Translations under genes and position numbers: made by a program
Part shown: positions 18,775 through 27,517 of the stretch, in pieces
Position numbering within the stretch: position 1 is the first letter of the stretch
Layout: each line of letters starts with the position of its first letter
The notes under the pieces: model-generated
Seen by the model: only the letters and a program-made list of their open reading frames with translations
Told to the model about the DNA's origin: nothing
Database searches by the model: none
IMG/VR virus record: IMGVR_UViG_3300031673_009818
Span: 1 to 56,899 of that record
Source: a virus
Taxonomy: Duplodnaviria; Caudoviricetes
Direction: 5' to 3' (one strand)
DNA: 56,899 nucleotides

Positions 18775-19185
18775 ATGGAAACAAAATTTCATAAACAATT
18801 AACAGAAATAGCCCCCAAGGTTATGGATATTTTTTGCAAGGCATATGGGTACACTTTGTATAATGGTCAATATTATTGCAATTATCTTATTGAGGCAACT
18901 AAGCCCAAAGCAGACTATGTTCCAATTATTAGCAGAATTATAAGTTTACAAAATAATTATGATTCTGACTTAGAACATTTTAAGCTAAAGATAGATGCTA
19001 TAATTAATCATTTAGAAGCAAATAATTATCGGTTTGCCTCTTTAATTCATGATGATGAACACTACGTAATAAGAGTATTTAAAAAATCAGAAGAATTAGG
19101 TCAAACCAAATCTATTAATTATTTTGATGAATTATATCAACATGGTTGTTTAATCGCGCTTAAAGATTTGGAGGCTACATTATGA
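18775..19185 (+). CDS. Hypothetical protein
   Basis: ATG 18775 with AATCTTATG context, in frame with track ORF. Confidence 0.65.
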   Translation: METKFHKQLTEIAPKVMDIFCKAYGYTLYNGQYYCNYLIEATKPKADYVPIISRIISLQNNYDSDLEHFKLKIDAIINHLEANNYRFASLIHDDEHYVIRVFKKSEELGQTKSINYFDELYQHGCLIALKDLEATL

Positions 19186-19345
19186 AAAACACCCAATCAA
19201 CCCACCTACGAACACAAATAGAAACTTACAAATCAATCCAACAATCAACTAAATTAAGCACAAAAACAAGAGTTGATGCAGGAATACAGAAACATAAATT
19301 GATTTTAAAATTAAAAGAATTGTTGTACCCAAAAGCGGAGGAGCT

Positions 19346-20197
19346 ATGAGTAAAATAGAATGGACAGATCGGACATGGTGTCCTAATCAAGGATGCACGC
19401 AAATATCGGAAGGTTGTAAAAATTGCTATGCTAAGAAAATGCATAAACGATTAAGAGCCATGGGTATAGAAAAATATCAAAACGATTTCAGCGAAGTGCA
19501 ATTATGGTTGCAAGCACTTACGGAACCAACCAAATGGAAAAAACCATCAAAGGTTTTTGTTAATTCCATGTCAGATACTTTTCATGGAAACCTTACATTT
19601 GAGCAGATAAATGAAGTTTTCAATACAATGCAATATTGCAATAGACATACTTACCAGGTATTAACAAAACGGCCTGACCGCGCTTTGGAATTCATACAAT
19701 GGAAACGAAAACAACCCGGAATTATTCATAATTGGGAATTGCCTGATAATATTTGGTTTGGTGTAACCGTTGAAAATCAAGAACAAGCCAACAAACGAAT
19801 ACCTATTTTACTTGAAATTCCTGCAAAAGTTAGGTTTGTGAGTGTTGAGCCTATGCTTTCAAATGTTGATTTAAATCAAGTCGCTTTTAAAAAATTTCAA
19901 TCATGGTTAAACGGAAATAATCAAGGTTCATTAGACTGGGTAATATGCGGAGGCGAAAGCGGACATAATGCGCGGCCTATGCACCCTGACTGGGTAAGAA
20001 ATTTAAAGGATCAATGTGATATGTTTAAGACTCCGTTTTTTTTCAAGCAGTGGGGGGAGTGGTGGCCCGGTGAAAAAGGTAGGTTATATCGTGAAAAATC
20101 AATTGATTATACAGATGGTCAACAAATGATTAGGGCAGGTAAAAAACTAGCCGGATGCGAAATTGATGGTAAAGAATATAAACAATTTCCTAAATAG
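19346..20197 (+). CDS. DUF5131 / phage Gp37-Gp68 family (radical-SAM-like)
   Basis: SKIEWTDRTW; GCTQISEGCKNCYA; FVNSMSD; LTKRP; WVICGGESG; FFFKQWG. Confidence 0.92.
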   Translation: MSKIEWTDRTWCPNQGCTQISEGCKNCYAKKMHKRLRAMGIEKYQNDFSEVQLWLQALTEPTKWKKPSKVFVNSMSDTFHGNLTFEQINEVFNTMQYCNRHTYQVLTKRPDRALEFIQWKRKQPGIIHNWELPDNIWFGVTVENQEQANKRIPILLEIPAKVRFVSVEPMLSNVDLNQVAFKKFQSWLNGNNQGSLDWVICGGESGHNARPMHPDWVRNLKDQCDMFKTPFFFKQWGEWWPGEKGRLYREKSIDYTDGQQMIRAGKKLAGCEIDGKEYKQFPK

Positions 20198-20327
20198 AAA
20201 AATAACCTCCGCTTTGGCACTTCCGCCAATCAACTAAAAGAGTGAGGTATTGCACTTAATGTAAAAGGGAAGGGTCGAAGAATACTTTAGAGGTTATTGA
20301 TATAAATTTTAACTAAATAAATAAAAA

Positions 20328-20729
20328 ATGGCAAAAAAAACATTATCAGGAAGTTTGGCATTGACTAAACTTATTCATGTAGCAATGGAAGTAAAAGGGA
20401 AAAGCGGCAATAAAGTAAAAGGTCTTTTTATTCCAATCGAACAAAATTATTTTGTATTGGGCAAAGAAAAAGATGGTGCAATACCCATATACATGTCAAT
20501 ACAAATAGTAATGCATGAAGAAAGGGATGAACATGGACAAGATGGGTTTATATCTCAAAAAGGGAATATTAAATGGAAAGAAACTACTGATGCACAAAAA
20601 GAAGCATTTAATAAGCTTCCAATTTTGGGGAACGTAGTTGATTGGTCAAAAGGAAATAATAGTGATGATAACACAGGCGCAGCTTCAGAAAATGTTTTCA
20701 CTCCCGAATCAGATGATTTACCGTTCTAA
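20328..20729 (+). CDS. Putative single-stranded DNA-binding protein
   Basis: Small protein with PILGN and acidic C-terminal DDLPF tail. Confidence 0.65.
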   Translation: MAKKTLSGSLALTKLIHVAMEVKGKSGNKVKGLFIPIEQNYFVLGKEKDGAIPIYMSIQIVMHEERDEHGQDGFISQKGNIKWKETTDAQKEAFNKLPILGNVVDWSKGNNSDDNTGAASENVFTPESDDLPF

Positions 20730-21001
20730 TGATCCTACAAGTTCCAAAACTGCCAGAGCACGGCTATATATTAATAGCCGTGCCGTCTGAGCGGATGAAA
20801 GACCCGGTTTCTGATTATAAGGAAATTGAAAGTGAAGGTGTTAAGTACAAAGTAGTTCAGTGGGTCACTATTATGAAAACTGAACATATGCCCTCACTAT
20901 TGATGCTTTTAGCAACTGGGCAAGATTTGTCCAGGGATGAAATTTGGAAAGCCTTTAAGAAAAGTAATAAGATAATATTTTTTATATGCGAGAAGTTATA
21001 A
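20729..21001 (+). CDS. Hypothetical protein
   Basis: TAATG-coupled ORF. Confidence 0.6.
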   Translation: MILQVPKLPEHGYILIAVPSERMKDPVSDYKEIESEGVKYKVVQWVTIMKTEHMPSLLMLLATGQDLSRDEIWKAFKKSNKIIFFICEKL

Positions 21002-21125
21002 ACATAACAATAAACATTCCAGATATAGTGCTGTTTTACATCTGTTTTTTATTAGCAGGTAAGATTATAAATATGTATAAGGATTATTGGGAATGGAGGA
21101 TTAAAAAACGTAAAGATAAATTGAA

Positions 21126-21557
21126 ATGAAAGAAGACAAACTCCAACACAACTTTATAATGTGGTTTGGTCAAACATGGCCCGAATATAACGACCTTATT
21201 TTTGAGGTGAACAACAATCCAAAAAATCAAGTTCATGGTACATATCGTAAATCCATGGGCATGAAAAAGAACGTCTCCGATCTAATTTTAATACAACCCT
21301 GTTATGGGGAGGTAGTGGGAATCGAATTGAAAGCCCCTGGAAGTGTCTGGCCAAAAGACCATATTGAAAATCAATTAAATTGGGGCAAATTGGTTATTAA
21401 AAATGGAGGCCTATACATTATGACCAGTTGCTTAGATACATTGAAAGAATTTGTAACTTGCATAATGATAAATGATATATTATCAGTTATTGAAATAATG
21501 CACGAACAACTTGCATTTGTAGAAAACCAATTCACTAATAAAACCATTAAATTTTAA
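21126..21557 (+). CDS. VRR-NUC nuclease (putative Holliday junction resolvase)
   Basis: EDKLQ; GMKKNVSDL; IELKAP; Q. Confidence 0.8.
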   Translation: MKEDKLQHNFIMWFGQTWPEYNDLIFEVNNNPKNQVHGTYRKSMGMKKNVSDLILIQPCYGEVVGIELKAPGSVWPKDHIENQLNWGKLVIKNGGLYIMTSCLDTLKEFVTCIMINDILSVIEIMHEQLAFVENQFTNKTIKF

Positions 21558-21560
21558 ATC

Positions 21561-21911
21561 ATGAAAAAAATAACATTTTTAATTTTATTATTTTTGGCCA
21601 CTAATATTAGTGCTCAAAACGACGAAGTTCCCCCGATAATATTTGATGGGTACGTGTATGGAAGCATTGCGTATTTTTCTACTTATGAATTGTTTTTTAG
21701 GACAACAAATATTTCAAAAGGTTATTGCCTAACATTTGCCAGTATTGCTTCGGTATTAACAAATTATGCTATTGGATCTAATCGTGGATATTCAATTGAA
21801 AATAAAAGACATATGATATCTGGAAGTGTGTTGGCTATATTTACAACCACTATTGTGATAGGATTTAACAATAAACGGGATAGGCAAATAATTAAGTTGA
21901 GAGACAATTGA
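21561..21911 (+). CDS. Membrane protein with signal peptide
   Basis: MKKITFLILLFLATNISAQ plus hydrophobic segments. Confidence 0.65.
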   Translation: MKKITFLILLFLATNISAQNDEVPPIIFDGYVYGSIAYFSTYELFFRTTNISKGYCLTFASIASVLTNYAIGSNRGYSIENKRHMISGSVLAIFTTTIVIGFNNKRDRQIIKLRDN

Positions 21912-21963
21912 AGTAATAAAACACATTATTTCACAATTAACACTACATTAACTATCTTTGTAT

Positions 21964-22356
21964 ATGCAAACAGTAACAGAACTTAATTATCAAATAGGGG
22001 TGTTGGCCCAGATGTTTGAAGATTTCATTGCTTATAATGATTCAATATCTTTTACCGATGCGAATCAAAAAGAGTATGTAACTTCTGACACATTAGTAAA
22101 AAATACCGAAAAAGCCAATTATTCGGCAATTCAGGAATTAGAAGAAATAAAAAAGAACAGTTTAAATGAATTTGTTTACAAAACTATTTCTGATACAACG
22201 CTGTTAAATCTTTGTTTCCTGCTATATAATATTGTTACTGATGAAAATATTGATAAGTTGATAATTGCAAATGATTTTTTGGCATATGATAGAACGGACA
22301 TTGACCCTAATGATCCAATAATTAAAAAGGGAATTGAAGTAATTTATTATAAATGA
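21964..22356 (+). CDS. Probable baseplate/tail protein resembling the C-terminal (tail-X/LysM-like) part of Mu gp43
   Basis: TLLNLCFLLY...IDKLIIAND...IIKKG; directly upstream of hub gene; TATCTTTG box at 21953-21960. Confidence 0.5.
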   Translation: MQTVTELNYQIGVLAQMFEDFIAYNDSISFTDANQKEYVTSDTLVKNTEKANYSAIQELEEIKKNSLNEFVYKTISDTTLLNLCFLLYNIVTDENIDKLIIANDFLAYDRTDIDPNDPIIKKGIEVIYYK

Positions 22357-23282
22357 GCAAAATAGAACTCAAAATAGACGGCAAAAAATTAAAATTCTTT
22401 GATAGTTTCAGCTATTCGGCTCAAATCGATACAATTGCTGGGAGTATCTCATTCAATTCATTTATTGACTACGAAACTTTTGATTACCTGTTAGTTGAGG
22501 CTTATAGAGATGATATTTTGATTTTTACAGGTGAAATTATTGATAAAACTATTCCGAAAACAACCCCACCGACACCATTTGAATATAAATGTGAATCATT
22601 GACACATATATTATCAGAATGTACGCTGCCAACCGATGCCTATCCATTACAATTAGAAAATAGCACCTTGAAAGATATAGTTGAGTATATTTGCGGTTAT
22701 TTTGAAGTTACCGTATTATTTGATCAATCAACAAGCAGTGAGGCAGATGGGCAGTACAAATTATCTGATTTGGGATTGGCAAAACCATCCGCTCAAATAA
22801 TAAATGAACTGGTTACCCAGGTAGGTTTAATATTAACAAATGATTCTTTTGGTCAATTAATTGTAACAAAAAATATTGAACAATCAGAAATTATATTGCC
22901 TAGATATTTGACCAATAATAAAAGCTTTAATCTAAAAGAATTTTTTTACAATTATATTGCATTAGGACAAGCTCCTGTGGGGCAAGACCTTGATATACAG
23001 GCAATTGCAAGATTTTCAAATATAGACCAAAGAAGAAATATAACTAAAATACAAGATAGCGGAGGCATCAATACAATTGAAAAGAAAGCGGAGGGAATGC
23101 GATCAGATTCATTGAAAGCAATTAGTCAGAGCTTAAGTTTTTCTAATTTCTTTTGTAACATCGGTGATTTTGTTACAATTGGAGACAGTAAATTAATTAT
23201 TAATCAAATAGACTATTCGTACAATGCAGGAGGTGAGGCTTGCAATATTGGGCTTGTGGATAGTCAATTATATGAAAGGTAA
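22353..23282 (+). CDS. Baseplate hub protein (Mu gp44-like)
   Basis: IELKIDGKK-F-FSYSAQIDTIAGSISF; LIFTGEI; LILTNDSFGQLIV. Confidence 0.7.
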   Translation: MSKIELKIDGKKLKFFDSFSYSAQIDTIAGSISFNSFIDYETFDYLLVEAYRDDILIFTGEIIDKTIPKTTPPTPFEYKCESLTHILSECTLPTDAYPLQLENSTLKDIVEYICGYFEVTVLFDQSTSSEADGQYKLSDLGLAKPSAQIINELVTQVGLILTNDSFGQLIVTKNIEQSEIILPRYLTNNKSFNLKEFFYNYIALGQAPVGQDLDIQAIARFSNIDQRRNITKIQDSGGINTIEKKAEGMRSDSLKAISQSLSFSNFFCNIGDFVTIGDSKLIINQIDYSYNAGGEACNIGLVDSQLYER

Positions 23283-23285
23283 AAT

Positions 23286-23747
23286 ATGACCACAACCCTC
23301 GGAAAAACAAAAGATACCGACATATCAGGTGATTTCAGGCAATTTATAATTAATTGCCTTGGTGAAAATGACCAAAGGAAATATTTTTCTATTTCTTCTT
23401 TTGGAAGTGATTTTAATGTTCCTGTGGATAGTCGGGGCCTCACAATTGATTCAAAAAATAAAGATGATAAATTTGTAATCGGATTTTTGAACTTATTAAA
23501 AATCGATGATTTGGAGCCGGGCGAAAATGCTATTTTTTCGACCTCAGAAGATGGAAGTGAAATAAAAAGTAAAATTGTGTTAAGAAATACAGGTGATATT
23601 GAGATTGAAAGTACTGGAATATCACTAACAATTGATGGTGATGCTAATATTACGGCCACAGGTGACATAAATTTAACTTCTGATGGAAACGTAGTTGTTG
23701 ACTCAACTCAATTAGACGTAAATAGCGGTAACTTAACAGTAGACTAA
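23286..23747 (+). CDS. Baseplate spike (Mu gp45/gpV-like)
   Basis: LEPGENAIFS, IVLRNTGDIEI and beta-helix repeats. Confidence 0.7.
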   Translation: MTTTLGKTKDTDISGDFRQFIINCLGENDQRKYFSISSFGSDFNVPVDSRGLTIDSKNKDDKFVIGFLNLLKIDDLEPGENAIFSTSEDGSEIKSKIVLRNTGDIEIESTGISLTIDGDANITATGDINLTSDGNVVVDSTQLDVNSGNLTVD

Positions 23748-24134
23748 ATGGGAATTTTAATTGCAGTTGACGGGGCAACTTTGTTGCAAGATGATCCTCT
23801 GGTTGTATGCACCATAACGCCAATTGGCACACCGTCAACTACTTGTAAGGCAGAAAGCAAAGGCATGTTAAAGGATGGATATCAAATAACTGTATCAAAT
23901 ATTACTTGCCCATCAGCCGGGGCAACAATACCAGACCCGGGGCCTTATCCAGCTTCATTTATATCAGGTGCAACAAAAGTTAAGGCAGATGGAACATTGG
24001 TATTATTAGAAGGTGATTTAACGGCAACAATTAATGCAACTCCACAAATACCAGGTTCACCACCTACGCCTTATCCAGTTGCGTTTAAGGTTGAAATTAA
24101 GGTTGCAGGTCAAACGAAGGTAAAAGCGAATTAA
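23748..24134 (+). CDS. Spike-tip (PAAR-like) protein
   Basis: TKVKADGTLVLLEGD; AGQTKVKAN; follows spike. Confidence 0.65.
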   Translation: MGILIAVDGATLLQDDPLVVCTITPIGTPSTTCKAESKGMLKDGYQITVSNITCPSAGATIPDPGPYPASFISGATKVKADGTLVLLEGDLTATINATPQIPGSPPTPYPVAFKVEIKVAGQTKVKAN

Positions 24135-24148
24135 AAAAAATAAATCAG

Positions 24149-25021
24149 ATGAACATAATCACAGTTGACGGAAAAGAATGGAACGTAAAATATAAGCAAA
24201 ATGCTGAATCACTATCATTTAGCACAGGAACAGTTGCATTAGACTATCCTGATTTTATAGGTTCAAAATTATATCAAAATTCAAGTTCTAGTGATAAATT
24301 TACAATGACTTTTTCAATTCATTTGACCCTGCTTGTGGGGTTTAAAGAAAGCATGAAGAAATTTGTCACAAATGAAGATGATGCTGCCGAACATCAAACT
24401 TATGGTAAATTAACCCATATTATAATCGAGCATGAATTATTTGGTGCAATTAAAGGTGCAATAATAGGTGATATGGCATGTGGTACATCTAGCGGAGGTG
24501 ATATATCATGTTCATTCACTTTTCAAGAACATACAGAAGATAACCCAGTTGAAAAAAGAGACGTTGAAATCGAAAACGAAGATGCTAATGATGGAATCGA
24601 TACTGAAACCACTGGTAATTTTGATGTTAACTTATCAGTTCCGGATTTAAATGTGATTGGTAATTTTGCAAATGCATTGGCCGGCATATATTCATCTATT
24701 CAAAATAGTGCTATTGTATCAGCATTTAATGATTTTAATTCGGCAATTACAAGCGCAATAATTGACAGCAAAAGAGTAATGAATTCAATTAAAAATATTA
24801 TTTCATTACCAAATCAATTAGTATCACAAAATTTGAACAATAAATTAAATTTGTTCAAGCAACAAGCCGAAGCTGTAAAAAATGTTCCGGTGTCTAGTTA
24901 TAATATTGCATTGTTTAATATGAATAGCTTTTCTTACAATGTAGGTGCAACTTCACGAACTGCATTTGTTAGTGAGGCAGCTACGCAGGCGGCGGCTGGA
25001 ATTAAAACTGTTCCTTTGTAA
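24149..25021 (+). CDS. Tail-tube initiator / Mu gp43 N-terminal-like protein
   Basis: DYPD..GS; IEHELFG; FTFQE; helical C-terminus; synteny. Confidence 0.5.
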   Translation: MNIITVDGKEWNVKYKQNAESLSFSTGTVALDYPDFIGSKLYQNSSSSDKFTMTFSIHLTLLVGFKESMKKFVTNEDDAAEHQTYGKLTHIIIEHELFGAIKGAIIGDMACGTSSGGDISCSFTFQEHTEDNPVEKRDVEIENEDANDGIDTETTGNFDVNLSVPDLNVIGNFANALAGIYSSIQNSAIVSAFNDFNSAITSAIIDSKRVMNSIKNIISLPNQLVSQNLNNKLNLFKQQAEAVKNVPVSSYNIALFNMNSFSYNVGATSRTAFVSEAATQAAAGIKTVPL

Positions 25022-25026
25022 TAGAT

Positions 25027-25187
25027 TGATAATCAGGAGGTTATAAACAAAAGCTGCTAAAGAAACAACTTAAAACAACTAATAACACCTAATACACTGA
25101 TATATAGAGCGTTGTATGTCGCTTAGAGTCGCATAGAATATTTTTGATGTACAATTATACGGTATATCGCAAGGAAAATGAGTTAAA
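25027..25187 (+). repeat. Dispersed 161-bp element, copy 3
   Basis: Gapless alignment to other copies. Confidence 0.9.
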
Positions 25188-25189
25188 AT

Positions 25190-25948
25190 ATGGCAAAACC
25201 CTTCTACATAACAACCGATGAATTAATCGACTTGACTTTATCACTTCAAAAAATAAATGATGTGGCTTTGCCATTTGCTGTACAATATTCTTTAAATGAA
25301 GTTGCCAGAAAAGCCAAAACTAAATATTTGGCACAAACAACCAATGAAATGTTTGATATAAAAAGAAAAAACTTTTTTAAGGCAAATTCAGCATATCAAA
25401 CTCATACAGCTAAGGAATTCAACTACAACATCAACCGATTGAAAGCTTCTGTTGGAATAACCCAGGCAAATAAAGCACACGACAAAGCAACCGAGCAGGT
25501 AGGACATCAACAAACTGCCGAAAATATAAATCGTTCGATTAACCCCTTAGGCACAAAACCACAAACAGCGGCTATAATTGATGTAATAAGCAAAAAACCA
25601 GAGGTTTATGATTATGCAGAACAAAATGGTTTTAATCCATCAGTTTATTTTAGAACAGTTGGCCGGGCAAAAAAAAGAAATGCGCCTTTTTTACTTAAAA
25701 ATTCAAACCGTGGAACTTTGCACCTGGTCAAATCAATGACCAGATTTAATGCCGGCAAACGGAAGGGATTTTTAAACATAAAATTACAGCCTATTGCATC
25801 CTATATTAAAGGCGGACAAGTTAAACTACAAAAAAAGAAACCTTTTCTAAATTTAGCTGCAAGGCGTTCAATGATTGCCATTATGGAAGAAACTTTCAAA
25901 AAGGAGGCAATAATTCAGGTTGAGAGGGCTATGAAAAGGAGGGGATAA
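25190..25948 (+). CDS. Basic virion morphogenesis/neck (tail-completion-like) protein
   Basis: ALPFAVQYSLNEVARKAK...KKPFLNLAA pattern. Confidence 0.5.
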   Translation: MAKPFYITTDELIDLTLSLQKINDVALPFAVQYSLNEVARKAKTKYLAQTTNEMFDIKRKNFFKANSAYQTHTAKEFNYNINRLKASVGITQANKAHDKATEQVGHQQTAENINRSINPLGTKPQTAAIIDVISKKPEVYDYAEQNGFNPSVYFRTVGRAKKRNAPFLLKNSNRGTLHLVKSMTRFNAGKRKGFLNIKLQPIASYIKGGQVKLQKKKPFLNLAARRSMIAIMEETFKKEAIIQVERAMKRRG

Positions 25949-25984
25949 AAAAAACAGCCGAAACTTTACGGGCCAGGCTGTTTT
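25947..25984. terminator. Bidirectional terminator at the convergence of the two arms
   Basis: A8-CAGCC...GGCTG-T4. Confidence 0.7.
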
Positions 25985-26045
25985 GAGTTGTTTAATTAAA
26001 AAAAAGTTCAATATGGAACAGTTTTTTAAATTTTCACGTTAAATC
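25947..26045 (-). ncRNA. Candidate ~95-nt small RNA (sRNA2)
   Basis: Consensus promoter TTTG(26080-77)-N19-TATCTTTG(26057-50) fires into an ORF-free stretch ending in hairpin + U8. Confidence 0.5.
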
Positions 26046-26077
26046 ATGACAAAGATATAATAAAAAACAATACTAAC

Positions 26078-26106
26078 AAAAAAATGGGTGCAGAACTCCA
26101 CACCCA
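26078..26106 (-). terminator. Terminator of the late - strand operon
   Basis: TGGGTGTGGA..TCTGCACCCA-T7. Confidence 0.75.
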
Positions 26107-26136
26107 AATCAAACTTACAATAAAACAACTAAAAGT

Positions 26137-26673
26137 TTATCCAAGTGCCTTCAATACAAAATGTTGAATAATGCCTAATATTATAGTTGAAATAGAAACC
26201 GCAACGCCTACAATTAACCCAATTTTACTTTTTAATCGATCCACAATAAGCTTTTCAGTATTGAATTCTTTTTTAATATCTTCAACACTTCCTTTTAATT
26301 CCTGAACATCTTCATTAGTTCGATTTATTTCTTTTGTGAAGTATTCTTTTAATTCAAATCTTAAATCTTTCATTTCATTTCGCATCGTATCAACAACGCC
26401 TTTTTCGAAACCTCTTATTTCCTTACTAAACCCCGCCACAGTGTCTAGTATTAATTGAACTTCGCTCTTTTTTTCTTCCACTTCGTTAATTTTAATCATT
26501 ATTTTATTTATTTCTTTAGTGGATTTGGTTAGATTTTTTGATCGGTTTATTAACTTTCTGTAAAAATACGAATAAACGGCAAGGCCTAAAAATATACCTC
26601 CTAAGATGGTGATTTTTTGTTCCAGAATAAAACTAAAAATGATATTGTCAAACAAGTGAATAACTGTAACCAT
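26137..26673 (-). CDS. Membrane-anchored coiled-coil protein (lysis-region candidate)
   Basis: N- and C-terminal hydrophobic helices flanking a coiled coil; start uncertain. Confidence 0.55.
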   Translation of the reverse strand: MVTVIHLFDNIIFSFILEQKITILGGIFLGLAVYSYFYRKLINRSKNLTKSTKEINKIMIKINEVEEKKSEVQLILDTVAGFSKEIRGFEKGVVDTMRNEMKDLRFELKEYFTKEINRTNEDVQELKGSVEDIKKEFNTEKLIVDRLKSKIGLIVGVAVSISTIILGIIQHFVLKALG

Positions 26674-27008
26674 GAGCCGTCATTAATAAATAAGCGTGAA
26701 TCATTTATCTTTGCCAATTGCAAGGCTATTTCAACCCATTCAATCAAATACCACAAGCAAACTCCTGTCATAATAGATTTAGAAGCGTTGCAAGTCCCTA
26801 TTTTTGTATAAGCTATAAATACAAGCAATAATGTGAAACTTTCATTTATAAAATAATATATCATATCACTTAAATAAATGACAGTTTTTACACCATTTCT
26901 TGTATAATAGCTATGTATGACACCTTCAAATAAAAGGTGAAAATACTCCGTAAAAACAACAAACACCAAAACTAAAAAAGCTACAATTTTATTACTCAGA
27001 ATTTTCAT
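26601..27008 (-). CDS. Multi-pass membrane protein (holin candidate)
   Basis: About four hydrophobic segments. Confidence 0.5.
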   Translation of the reverse strand: MKILSNKIVAFLVLVFVVFTEYFHLLFEGVIHSYYTRNGVKTVIYLSDMIYYFINESFTLLLVFIAYTKIGTCNASKSIMTGVCLWYLIEWVEIALQLAKINDSRLFINDGSWLQLFTCLTISFLVLFWNKKSPS

Positions 27009-27183
27009 AAAGTTCAATTTTGCATTTAGCATTGGCCAATTCTTCTATCAGAAAAGTAATCATTCTGTTCCTAGCCCTGTCAAAATTCTTTTCATGTTTA
27101 AACTTCTCAAAAGTTTCCTCTGTCAATTCTGTCATTAATTCAGCAACTCGCTTATTTGGTGGTTTGATCGGTAAATCTGGCAT
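26992..27183 (-). CDS. Hypothetical protein
   Basis: ATG ORF in operon. Confidence 0.55.
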   Translation of the reverse strand: MPDLPIKPPNKRVAELMTELTEETFEKFKHEKNFDRARNRMITFLIEELANAKCKIELYENSE

Positions 27184-27234
27184 ATTTATATATATTAATG
27201 ATGTTAGTGTTAAATTTGTTACCCCCTATTTTTA

Positions 27235-27501
27235 TTATCCTACCGTTTCATTTCCAAAATAGTTATCCTTATTCTTAGAATCGGCAATAATTTGTGTTTT
27301 CTCTTTACTTCCTTTTGAGCTACCAAAAAAATATCCAACCACTGAAGTAAAGCATCCAATTAAGGCGCCTACAACGATATTTAGTATATCTTTGTTTTCT
27401 GGTGGAACTTCAAATTTTACTAATGATAACAACAATAGGAAAAATCCAATAACAATTAATCCTCCTAAAACATACATGTAAATTTCACTTAACTTTTTCA
27501 T
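27235..27501 (-). CDS. Holin-like two-TM protein
   Basis: Two TM helices; VVGYFFGSSKGSKEK motif. Confidence 0.65.
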   Translation of the reverse strand: MKKLSEIYMYVLGGLIVIGFFLLLLSLVKFEVPPENKDILNIVVGALIGCFTSVVGYFFGSSKGSKEKTQIIADSKNKDNYFGNETVG

Positions 27502-27517
27502 GTTATATAATTTTAAA

